64,000 nucleotides of DNA from the human T2T-CHM13v2.0 reference genome, Homo sapiens: assembly GCF_009914755.1 (NCBI RefSeq), contig NC_060928.1. The stretch is one strand, 5' to 3'. Below are positions 31,922 through 43,223 of this stretch, piece by piece. Made by a program: the position numbers and the translations under genes. Under the pieces are notes generated by a model. That model worked only from the letters and a program-made list of their open reading frames with translations, was not told the DNA's origin and searched no databases. Positions within the stretch are counted from its first letter, which is position 1. The number at the start of each line of letters is the position of its first letter.

Positions 31922-32314
31922 CTCAGAAACCTCCTCTTCCTCGTCGTCGTCGTCCTCTTCTTCCTCGCTGTTGTTACTGCTGGTGCCGCCGCCGCCACCT
32001 CCGCCTCCACCGCCGCCTCCACCGCCGCCGCTGTTGTCGCTGTCGCTGCTGCTTTCGCTGCTGCTGGGGGGTCGGCAAGTCCGGTTACGCTTGGCCTTGT
32101 GGTGCTGCTGCTGCGGCGGCTTCTTCTTCAGGAGCAGGTCGCAGACTCGCACCATCCCACGAGGAGACGAGGCCGAGCGAGCTCTGCTGCTGCCGCCAAC
32201 GCCGCCGCCGACCTCCGCCGCCGCGGGGGGGCCCGCCACAGCCGCCACCGCCGGGGGGCTCCCTTCTCCTTCTGCAGCCGTCGCCGCCGCCACCGGAACC
32301 GTCGCCTTCTCCAT
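31922..32314 (-). CDS. ANKRD17: ANKRD17 coding exon 1 (codons 1-131)
   Basis: ORF MEKATVPVAAATAAEGEGSPP...GGGG(15)TSSNNSEEEEDDDDEEEEVSE matches the remembered ANKRD17 N-terminus. Strong Kozak (GGGATGG). The known protein continues VESFILDQ..., which is absent here, so the exon ends after VSE (393 nt, phase 0) at GAG|GCAAGG. Confidence 0.95.
31985..32029 (-). repeat. Interrupted GGN repeat encoding poly-Gly15
   Basis: 45 nt of GGC/GGT/GGA codons between Ser and Thr in exon 1. Confidence 0.95.
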
Positions 32315-32444
32315 CCCCAGGGAAAGAGGGAGGGCGCGGACGGGGGAGGGGCGTGGGGCTACGCTCTACCGCGACTTCGGCCGCACTGGGGCCGACACAG
32401 CAATCGGTGCCGCCTCCGCCGCCACCGCCTCGGTCACCTCTACT

Positions 32445-32464
32445 GCCGCCGCCGCCGCCGCCGC
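32445..32464 (-). repeat. (GGC)6 tract in the 5' UTR/TSS region
   Basis: gccgccgccgccgccgccgc on the + strand, ~130 nt upstream of the ATG. Confidence 0.9.
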
Positions 32465-34367
32465 TCCGCCAGCTCTCACCTCGTCTCGCGATACTAAGGG
32501 CGGGGAGCCTGACGATGGGAGGGAGGGAGGGAGGGAGAGGGAGGGAGCAAGGGAAGGAGGGTGAGGCGTAACAGGGAGACCGGGTGTCGGGAGAACCAGA
32601 GGAGAGGAGACTGGAAAGAAGCGGGGAAGTGTGCCTGGGGCAGCTTCCGAAGGGGAACGGCGGGGACAGATGAGGGGGGCGCGATTGCAACCAGAGCGCC
32701 CGCGAGCTCCCGGATTTCTTCTCTTTCCTCGCTATTTCCCGCACACACAGCCCTGCAGCCCTCCCTTCTTCCTTCCTGGCTTGTGATTAGAACGCAGCCG
32801 CAGGCGGAAGTGCAGTGACGCCATCAGCCGTCGCCTGAGCCGTGGCGCGCGGGTGGCCGAAAGGCGAAAGTGAGATTTCAAGGGCCGGGTCTGGGGCCCC
32901 GCGGGCGCGCAGTGCTGCGGCGTGTGGGGAGTACGGGGAGGCTGGAGAGGAGCCGGCCCCGGGCAGTGTGAGGTGCGGAAGCGCGGTCCAGACACTTTGC
33001 TGACGGGAGGCCGGTCCGCCAGATCCGGGAGGTGGGGCCTCGTTCTGGACTGCTGTACGTAGTTTTATTCCTGGTCATTTTTTTCCACCGCCAAATCGAG
33101 AGATAGAGCTTTGGATCATGAGAGATGGCGTCGTGTTGGGAAAAGAGCCTTCTTTACCTGAGTTTAAGCTCGGCTCATAGACATCCTCTACCTGAGTTTA
33201 CACGTGTGTAATATGAAGGCAGTCGATTAGGAGATGTCTAAGATCATTACTTACACCTCAAGTTTCCAAGGGGAGGAAGACACGGGAAGGATGCGTGGTC
33301 TGTGCCAGACTTTGTAGACGATTCACTGAATGACCCTGATTTAGCTCTTCCGGCCCTCTTCGATTCAGCTTGGAAGCAAGCATAAATAGTGATTGTTGTC
33401 TGTATACTTCTCTCGGAAGGAATGCTGTTATGGGAGTTGTGGGTTCATTTTTAGGTGTCTGAAGAAGTTTCAGGACTTTTGAAATGATAGTGGAGCCCAT
33501 TGAACTCAGAATTATCCCTTTCTGGTCTAGTAGGAGTATAGTGGCATACGGAAAATGAAGCAAACATCAAAGACAGATGTACTGGCACAAGATTAAAAGT
33601 ATGTCTCAGCTGACATAGTTGCCATTTTAAGACTGCTTAGTTTAGCTGAATATGCCTGGATTTTTTTTTTTTTTAGCATTTTTTTTCTTTTTAGCATTGG
33701 CATACCATATGAAATGTGGGCAGTTGCCAGTACTCTACAGAGTACCAAGGCAGAATTGGCAATGACTAAATCAATTCATTCAAACAAAAATTCATCATGT
33801 GCCTACTGTGCGCATAATTTGTGGAATCAAAGTCTCTTGTTTCCAGGGGCTTTACAGTGTAATAAGTGCTATAGTAAATATATATACGGAGTGGTAACCA
33901 TCTGCCTATTCCTCTCCTACAGTCGTTGCTGAGTTCCAGTGTAGAACAGAGCACTGCATTGTGTATCTCACCACTACTGATTTAGATTTTATAATTTCAG
34001 CTGCATCCCTCCCTCCTACTTTGTATATTCTTCAGCATCTTTTTCTCCCTTTCCACTTGAATACTTTTCGCAATCTTTAAATCCCAGCCCATTTTATTAT
34101 ATGACTTTTAACTTAGACTTCACAATTTTCCAAGTGCTAGAAATTTCCTGAGATTGCCTTTTCTCCAGTATCAACGAATGAGAGACTCCCTGTTCATATA
34201 TGAGATAAACTCTTCATACATATTCTAGTTCCAATACCCCTCTTTCTCATGCATTTATTATCTTTTCTGTTGTCAACCTTCTACAAATTCTGGTTCCTTA
34301 GCTAATTCTTCTGTAGCTTTCAATTATTTCCTTCACAAGCAAACTTTCTTTCTTTAAAAAGTATTCT

Positions 34368-34490
34368 ATACTCAGGAGGCTGAAGCAGGAGAATCGCTTG
34401 AACCTGCGAGGCGGAGTTTGCAGTGAGCTGAGATCCTGCTACTGCACTCTAGCTTGGGCGACAGAGCGAGACTCCATCTCAAAAAAAAAG
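34368..34490 (+). mobile_element. 5'-truncated Alu (right arm)
   Basis: tactcaggaggctgaagcaggagaatcgcttg..tctcaaaaaaaaa. Confidence 0.9.
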
Positions 34491-34865
34491 TGTCTACAAT
34501 CAGTGTCTTTTTTGTTTTCTGAAATTGACTTGTCAGCCCTCTGCAGTCTAGTCTCTGTGTCTATCGTGCTGTGCTACCAAAAATGCTCTCTTTAAAGTAA
34601 TCTCATTGTTTGGAAGAAAATGAGTTTTTTGTTCTTTAATATAATAGTGAAATGATGATCCTGTTTCACTAGTAGGATAAGGTTCAAAACTATTAAAATG
34701 GACAAGGCATGTAAAGTCACTTTCTTTTATTTTTATCTTTTTTTTCCCCCCGTTAGAACCTCTGGCAGGGACTGACTAGCCCATGAAACTTATTTCTTCT
34801 TCCCGGGCACACAGCTAAACTAAATTTCACAGCTTTCCTTGTAGTTGGTTATAGTCATGTGATGA

Positions 34866-35158
<293 letters not shown>

Positions 35159-36978
35159 GTGATTAACTTCTAGCCAATTAAATATGAATGGAAATGATGT
35201 GCTCATTTTTAGGGTTAATGAAGTCCTCCTATTCTCCCTTACTCTTTCTTCGTCAACTTGATGCCTTTGAGCATGGTGACCTTCAAAACTATGTATTGGA
35301 GATGCCAAAGCCAGAAAAGAGAAGAATGAGTGGCTGAAACAGTACTTGGAAGACAGCCACCCCAATTAGAAACACCCCTTTTTGCACTTACTGTAAGAGA
35401 AAAAATTGAGATTTGAGAATTTATATGTATAGGAGCTAGAATGACCATAGCTAGTCCAGAAATTGGTACAAGAAGTGGAGTACTGCTAAAACAATAACCT
35501 AAAATATGTTACATCAGCTTATTTATGATGCAGCAGGTGGTAGAGAATGTGATTTGGAGGCTAGAAAAAGGAGGCCCATGTTTGCAGTGGCAAAGTAATT
35601 AGTAAAACTGTCACCTGAAATAATTCAAAATCAGATCACCTATCTGTTTAGATTAGCTCCAGAGGAAATGATTGAAAAGAGCAAAAGTAATACTGTGTTG
35701 AATTTTACATTTTACTTTTAGTAAGGTTTTACTAAAGAGAGAAACTCAGGAAATACTTCACAGAAGTGAGAGTGTACAGGAATATTTCTCAGGAAGGGTT
35801 GGAAAAGTTGACTTTTATAAGACTTCTAATAAAAAAAAAAAAAAAACTAGAAGAGGTCTTGAGTATAGTTACCCTTGAGATTAAGTCCTGCAACAAAGAT
35901 CAGGAAAAGGGTTTGGTCTTTCCATTCAAAGTCATTATTTTAGATGGCTTCAAGATAGCTACGATAAAGGTCTAAAGGAACTGGCATAGGAGCAAGGCAG
36001 CAAAGCAGTAAATTAGGCTTGATAATTATGTAAGAAAGAACTTTGGGTGTAGTTACCAGAAGCAAATCAATCAGAAGACTACATTTTTAGAGGAATTTTA
36101 TTAATCATACTAAATCTGGCTCAAATATCATTGTTCGGGTGTTAAAACAGAGGGTAACTGTCCAACCCCAAGCTTGCATAAGTAGAAAAATAGAGCATAA
36201 AACCTTAACAGCTCCCCAGTACCCACACAGGATGTGGCCATGGAGAATGATGGACAAAAAAAGAACATTTCAGAAGCTCGTATAAGGAGCTGTACTAAAG
36301 ACTGGACAGGGAGTTTCTCCTGAAGACTAGAATTGGAGTTTCATCAGAACTTTCTTCAGTTTCAAGGAGATGGGCCGCAAAATGTTTATGCAGTATTTCA
36401 TCATTATTATACATGAATAGTATTGCTCAGTATCACATTTTTTTTCTGAATGAGAGAATGTATTATAGTTATCTGTCCCTGAGTTACCACTATATATTGG
36501 GTTTGCAGGGATGGGGGTGACAATAAAGATAATTTGTCTTTTTAGTTCTTAGGTCACATCTGTACCTAATGAAGAGAACTGCACATTTTCTGAAAATCCT
36601 AGACTTTGAGCCTGTTCCAGTAACTGGTTAAAACTTTAGATTGTCTCCTTTGGGACAGGGTATGTTCTGTGTGTGGAAAGACAGGTAAAATACATGTTTA
36701 GTGATCAGAATAGTAGATTCTTGCAAATGCTAAATTCTTCTGGCCACACAGCTATATTTCCATGCCTCTCTTGCAATTAGGTATATGGGTTAGGTGTGCT
36801 GATTAGGTTCTAACCAGTGGAATGTGAGAAGTGATGCACTCCTATTCCAGCTCTGGCCTATGGAAACATCACATGAGCAATCCAATATATCCCACTCCCC
36901 ATCAACTTGAGGCAGATGAGCAAATTTGCACTGGAAACTATGTGTTAAAGATGGCAAAGCCGCAAGATAGGACTCCTG

Positions 36979-37096
36979 GTTTCCTGAATCTTCACTTGGA
37001 GGATACTTGCTTCCCAATTAGAGACACTTGTGCTAGAGTTTCCTGACTCTTCACTGGGAGGATACTTGCTTGCCAATTAGGGACACTTGTGCTACA
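36979..37096. repeat. 59-bp tandem duplication (diverged)
   Basis: gtttcctga..tcttcact(t/g)ggaggatacttgctt..gacacttgtgcta, two copies. Confidence 0.9.
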
Positions 37097-37606
37097 GCTC
37101 ATACGCATTCTTTTATGTTAGGCCACTGAGATTTCAGAGCGTGCCCTAATAAAGACCTGTCCCTCTTTCTCCAGATGCAATCGTTCATTACCTAATTCTA
37201 ATTTTTATACCACAGGAGTAGGCCCACAAATCAGGCTAGCCAAAGTATCCTATCATTCAGCCATAGTGATTAGTTCAGGAATGGGCAGATTAACAAAACT
37301 GAAGTTAATCAGAGATAGTCTTATCATTTGGGCTAGCACTATCAAGAAAAAGACACCTGCTTCTGGAATAAGCAAAAAAAAAAAAAAAAAAAAACACAAG
37401 CTACATCTGGCCTTTGGTCATCATGTCGAGTGAACCTGCCTAAGAATGAAATCTTACAGGGAAACAGAGGCAGTCTCAATGATACTGCAGAAGGGGAAGA
37501 TATCCCATGAATTGAGAAATATTTCCTGGGTTTCTACTCGATTGAAATTCCAAGAGGTAAGGGATAGATACTGCCAGGAAGACTTGGGAATTCAAAAGAG
37601 GAGCTC

Positions 37607-37731
37607 TCTGAGACTAGAGTCACATCCTGACACGGCTCTTCTCCAATGTGCTGGAGTCCTCAGCATCTGCTGGTCTTGATTCACTGATGGGGGCAACCAG
37701 TGTCCCCTTAAGTGTCCGGGCAGAAACATAC
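37607..37731 (+). ncRNA. H/ACA snoRNA retrocopy, SNORA3/SNORA45 (ACA3-2) family, probably non-functional
   Basis: GAGACTAGAGTCACATCCTGACAC...TGGTCTTGATTCACTG...GGGGGCA...CAGAAACATAC closely follows the remembered ACA3-2 sequence. ACA box at 37726-37728, 3 nt from the end. The H-box hinge appears shortened. Confidence 0.8.
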
Positions 37732-37829
37732 TGTACCTTGGTTTTAGAAAGTAGGTTGGCAGGCATCTTTCCTCATTCCCATCAAGGAGTTGGTACCTTC
37801 CACAGTGTAAGTTATTTTCTCTGTTCTAG

Positions 37830-38016
37830 AGCTACTACAAAGTGCTAGGGAAGGAAAATCTCCTAAAGCAGTCTGTCATCATGAAGGCCAAATTATGTAG
37901 CAGAAGAGCTTGGAAAAAGATTAAGACGGTGGTGGGGAGGACCTTTGTCCTGGTGGCTTGAAGCCATAGGGAAAGAGGTTCACTAAATGCCAACAAATGC
38001 TAAAAAATAAAAAAAT
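37830..38016 (+). pseudogene. RPL27A last exon + 3' UTR + poly(A) retrocopy fragment
   Basis: 37830-37961 translates [43 protein letters not shown], versus RPL27A C-terminus [42 protein letters not shown]. Preceded by a polypyrimidine tract and AG (37812-37829); followed by ACTAAA (37982) and an A-rich tail. Confidence 0.9.
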
Positions 38017-38929
38017 AGACAAAACAGCGAGCCAGTGGCTTGTGCTCTGCTTTCCACCTGAAAGTTTGCCCAACATAAGCAATTATAATCAAGTAGAAAT
38101 TGAAGCATATGTTTAAGCAGAGAGGACCAGGTAACATTGATAACCACTGTCCTCCCAGCCACTGCCTTAATTAGGCTTTCATGAGTTTTCACCCACATTA
38201 TTGCAATAGTCAATCTCCCTGCCTCTGATCCTATTATACTCTACTTTATCCTCCACATTGACACCTGAGTTACTTCTCTACCTTGTAAAAACAATTTATT
38301 TCTGAGTACAAAAACACTACATGTTCATTGTAAAATACTAAGAAAATACAAAAAAGCACACATACCAGAACATGCAATTCTATCATCTAGAGATATCCAC
38401 TGTTGACATTTTAGTACAAACCTTTACACAGTTGTTTTCTCTGTGTATTTTTAAATGAGAATGCCACTGTTGTATTTAGCATGCTTTTTAAAATTTTTTA
38501 TTTATTTTTATTTTTCAATCCACCAGTAAGATATCCCGGAGCATGCTTTTTTTTTTTTTTAAACTTAGTATATGTGAGCATTTTCTCATGGAATTAAATG
38601 CCCTCTACAATATTATATATAATTAATATATCAATTTACTTAAGACAGGTGTTGCAAACTGGCAGCCTATAGCCAAATGTGATATATGAACATGCTATAT
38701 ACTTTGTCATTACAGCATTTCAGAGTTGTTTGACTTTTGAATGCCTTTATACAATGCATGCTGTCTTCAATTCTCTACAGTTTCCATAAATTCCTATTAT
38801 GCCCAGTCCTTATTCACTCATGTCACCTATCTTTTTTTGTTGTTGTTACTGTTTCGGTGTGGGCTTTTAAGAAATTTTTGACATTTGAGTTGAAAACAGC
38901 AATTTAGCCAGAATAAGCATGGATGTTCA

Positions 38930-39340
38930 TTCACTTAGTATTTGTTGCCTACCTGCTACATACCAGGCACTGGGTTAGGTGAGAAAATGGTTAGCAAAAC
39001 AAACACGGTTCTTTCTATCTTGAAGCTTATGGTCTAGCATGAGAGACACACAAATGAAATAACTGCTGCAAGGGAAACCTGAGCTAGAAACTTTTGTTTT
39101 GTTTTGGGGCTTCCCTGAGGAAGTAATATGTGAACAGAGATCTATAGTAGGAAATAGGCCAAAAAGCAGAGAAGAATCTTCCTAGCCAAAGGAATGTATA
39201 TGCAAAAGGCCTAAAAAAGGAGGTATCAAACTGTGCCAAAAGAGCTGAAACACTGAAAGTGAGAATGTTTGCAAGATGAGGCTGGAGAAGTAAGTGGAAG
39301 ACAGATGATTCAGGGCCTGTGGACCATGCTAAGGGTTTTG
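38930..39340. mobile_element. L2 remnant
   Basis: ccaggcactggg..ggcttccctgaggaagt..agatgaggctggag. Confidence 0.7.
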
Positions 39341-40496
39341 AGATACATGTTGATAAAGAATCTACCCTAGTCTTCTTTTCCTTAGGGAAACATCCTTCTC
39401 TTTTTAATCACTCCTTATATGGCATGATTTCGAAATCCCCTTCACCCTCTTACTACCCTTCTCTAGCATTAATAATTTTCTTAGTCCACTGCTCTGGAAC
39501 CAGAGCCCAGTAAAAATTAGTTAAGCTGAAGGCTGGGGATGGCAGTCTAGCACAAATAGTAATTAACTACTGGGCACATTAGTAGAACAGAGCTGCTACC
39601 TAAATAAATCCATTTAAAGTCAACTAAATGTTATTTGGGTAATATGTCCCTCATGTTAAATTTGCCCAAATATATATCTCACCTCTTAAAATTCGTTTAG
39701 TTTGAAATTAAAATTAGTATTGTTTTTCTGCATGTACTCCTAGGTTGGGTAAAGAAGGGAACAAGGGAATGGGGAAACGTAGAGATTCCTGGATAACAGA
39801 GAAAGACAGCTTGAGAATAAAAGTATGCAAAAGATAATCTACAACAAAATAATGCACTTAACTCTTGTTACTAAACAAATAAGCTACCCACATTTTAGTT
39901 TTCTGTTTTGTTTTATGTTTGTCAGTTTAGCAATTTTTGTCACTGTTTGGAAGACTTAGAGTGGTTATTGCATAGAACAACTCCTTACACAGAGATTTGC
40001 AAGTTTCTGAATTTTGTACTTTCAAATTGAAAATCAGGAGAAACATTTTCAAGGTTCATATTCAGACCAAGTTAGTATATTAACAACTAATAACAATATT
40101 AAAAGTTAGAACAATTCCTTTCCTCTATCTTTCTCAGGACAAATCGAGTTTATTAGAAAACTAGGGAGTGATCTGGTGAAACTGGAAAGAATCCAAGGAG
40201 TTCCAGGGAAATCTTTCATTCATTCATTTGTAGATTATTCCACAAATGTTTATTAAGTATCTATGGTATTTATACAGCACCTACAGTACTATTTAGGGCA
40301 CTGGGTATAGCTTACAAACTGCTTAACTCTGAATATCTTTTGTGCAAGGAATAAGTAGTATAATAGTCCCTTGAAATACAGGAATTCACCTAGAGATCTT
40401 CTCAGATCCTCAGATGTGCACGTTTTATATCATGTAACTTAATCCAGAAAATAAAGCATAAGCAAACTGATATTTTTACACAGCAATGAATTTTGA

Positions 40497-40840
40497 AAGC
40501 AGGCAGAGCTTCTAGTCTCATATAAGGGGCTTAGAACTTGCCACTGCATCCTAATAACAAGTAAAAAGCTGAACAAACAAAAATCAACAACTCTTCTTAA
40601 CTTCATCAGAAATGAGGACACAGGGAAAACTGCTGCCCTCAAAATTGGAGAGACAGATAGGAAGATACAGGAAATCATAACCAGAGCAGAAACCTCTGGG
40701 AACCAGTGCTGGGGTAGGAAAACCTGAACTGTAATTGATGAAATGCTGAAGGCTCACTGTGGACAAGCCTGAGAGTCAAAAACTCCAGGGAAACCCAGTC
40801 ATAGAGGAGCCCTCATACCTTTGTGAACTATACTTCCAGT
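40497..40840 (+). mobile_element. L1M 5' UTR fragment
   Basis: aaaagctgaacaaac..aatcaacaactcttctta resembles L1MC/MD 5' ends. Confidence 0.5.
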
Positions 40841-41183
40841 AGGACTAGTATAGCATACTCACAAAGTGAACTCAGTTACGATGCCAGTTGCAGGTTGGGA
40901 AGTACTGGCCTACAGGAATCAGAGTCCATTTCTCCTAGTAAACAGAATACGTAGGTCCAAGAACAATGTAGGTGCAGTGTATGTACCTATTACTATTAGA
41001 CCTAATGCCCAGGTTGACTATATAATTGACTACATGATTTATTGTCCAAATGGAGATACCTTTAAGAATAAAATGAAGCATCAATCAAATATACATAATG
41101 TTTAATAATATGTATGAGTTGACAAATTGGTTTTATTATATTGGTGAACCTATAAGATAGTTCTGTTTAAAAAATATTTTCAA

Positions 41184-41492
41184 GGGTGGGCACAGCAGCG
41201 CATGCCTGTAATCCCAGCAATCTGGGAGGCCAATGCGGGTGGATCACTTGAGGCCAGAAGTTGAGACTGGCCTGGCTAACATGGTGGAACCCAATCTCTA
41301 CCAAAAATACAAAAATTAGCCGGGTGTCATGGTGCACACCTGTATTCCCAGCTGCTTGGGAGGCTGAGGCAGGAAAATCACTTGAACCTGGGAGGCGGAG
41401 GTTGCAGTGAGCCTAGATCACACCACTGCATTCCAGCCTGGATGACAGAACAAGACTCTGTCTCAAAAATTAATTAATTAATTAATTAAATA
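41184..41492 (+). mobile_element. Alu with (TAAT)n tail
   Basis: Full dimer; TSD aaaatattttcaa. Confidence 0.95.
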
Positions 41493-42023
41493 AAATATTT
41501 TCAAAAATAAATCTGGGTACACTAGAGAAAATTGAAAACAAACTGCTTAATACTGATTATCAATACATTAAAAAGTTACAACCATAATAAATTCTGTACA
41601 TATTCATGTATTTTAATCATTGTCTTAACTGTATCTGTCTCATGTCATGTTACAGGTATATTTTACTTCTGAAGAATATATTTTTATATGATTATAATTT
41701 TTAATAAAAGTATCTCTAAACTTCCACATTTCATTTTACAGCTAATGAATTTAAAATTGCTGATGCCCTCAACTGACTCTTCTCAGTTACCTCAGTATTT
41801 TAATTTTGGAACATACTCTCTCTACAGGTTAATATAGGTATCTGGTAAACTCAGAGCAAATTATACCAAATGGAGTATATTCCCAATTCTGATTTTATCT
41901 TATTAAATATTTAAATATTTCAGCTCAAATGTTTTCAGTTATTGTCTTTTTTGCCTCCACTTAGAGGATCTTTGACAAATATTTTTATAAGACAAAGCTC
42001 ATTAAGTTATCTCTGTTTTATGA

Positions 42024-42354
<331 letters not shown>

Positions 42355-42479
42355 TTTATGAAATTTATATAAATTTGATAATGAATAATAATAGGCATTT
42401 TTTTTACATTCTGGTACTGAATATAAATTTATCCAAGTAAAAATAGAAGCTCCACAAAAGAATCTTCTCAGAAGTCAAC

Positions 42480-42930
42480 AGTATTTATTTCCTGTTGCTG
42501 TTGCAATAAATTGCATGATAGTGGCTTAAAACAACACAAATTTATAATCTTACAGTTCTGGAGGTCAGAAGTCTGAAATGGATTCCACTGGCTTAAATCA
42601 AGGTGTTGACAGGATTGCACTCCTTATCTAGACTCCAGGGCTGATTCTTTTTACTTTTTCTGGATCCTGGATGTTACCAGCATTCCTTGGCTGATGGCAT
42701 CTGCCTCCATCTTACAGCGCATCACTGCAATCTCTGCTTCCATCATAACTTTGTCTCTGACTCTTCCGCCTTCCTCTTCCATCTTTTAAAGCCCCTTGTG
42801 ATGACATTAGGTCTGCCTGCATAATGCAGGATAACTTTCCCATCTCAAGAGTCTTGTCTTAATCATATCTGCAAAGTCTCTTTGCCATGTATGGTCACAT
42901 ATTCATCCCGAGATTAGATTGTGACCAGGC
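42480..42930 (-). mobile_element. MLT1C-like LTR
   Basis: gtggcttaaaacaacacaaatt..ttacagttctggaggtcagaagtc. Confidence 0.8.
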
Positions 42931-42934
42931 ATGC

Positions 42935-43223
42935 AGCCGGGCGAGGTGGCTCACGCCTGTAATCCCAGCACTTTGGGAGGCCGAGGCGGGCCGATCGCGA
43001 GGTCAGGAGATCGAGACCATGGTGAAACCCCGTCCCTACTGAAAATACAAAAAAAATTAGCCGGGCGCGGTGGCGGGCGCCTGTAGTCCCAGCTACTCGG
43101 AGAGGCTGAGGCAGGAGAATGGCGTGAACCCAGGAGGCAGAGCTTGCAGTGAGCCGAGATCGCGGCACTGCACTCCAGCCTGGGCGACAGAGCGAGACTC
43201 TGTCTCAAAAAAAAAAAAAAAAA
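42935..43223 (+). mobile_element. Young AluY, 12-bp-deletion lineage (AluYd/AluYc3-like)
   Basis: gagaccatggtgaaacc (12-bp left-arm deletion), tactcggagaggctg, CpG-rich, pure A tail, 19-bp TSD at 42916-42934 and 43224-43242. Confidence 0.85.

Larger units (their letters stand above)
31550..33140. promoter_or_regulatory. CpG-island promoter of ANKRD17, probably bidirectional
   Basis: Abrupt GC/CpG-rich block. BANP/ZBTB33-type TCTCGCGATA 32484-32493, ETS CGGAAGTG 32805-32812, CRE-like TGACGCCA 32816-32823, YY1-like GAGATGGCG ~33122-33130. Confidence 0.9.

Noticed and set aside
31871-32314. 147-aa ORF as a complete protein
   Set aside because: The last 16 codons are intronic read-through past the GC donor.
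32315-32368. In-frame N-terminal extension of ANKRD17
   Set aside because: In-frame TAG at 32366-32368 limits any extension to 17 codons.
31705-32571. Long + strand ORFs (288, 197, 197 aa) antisense to exon 1
   Set aside because: Low-complexity Pro/Arg/Ala products expected from stop-poor GC-rich triplet sequence antisense to a real CDS; no recognisable domain.
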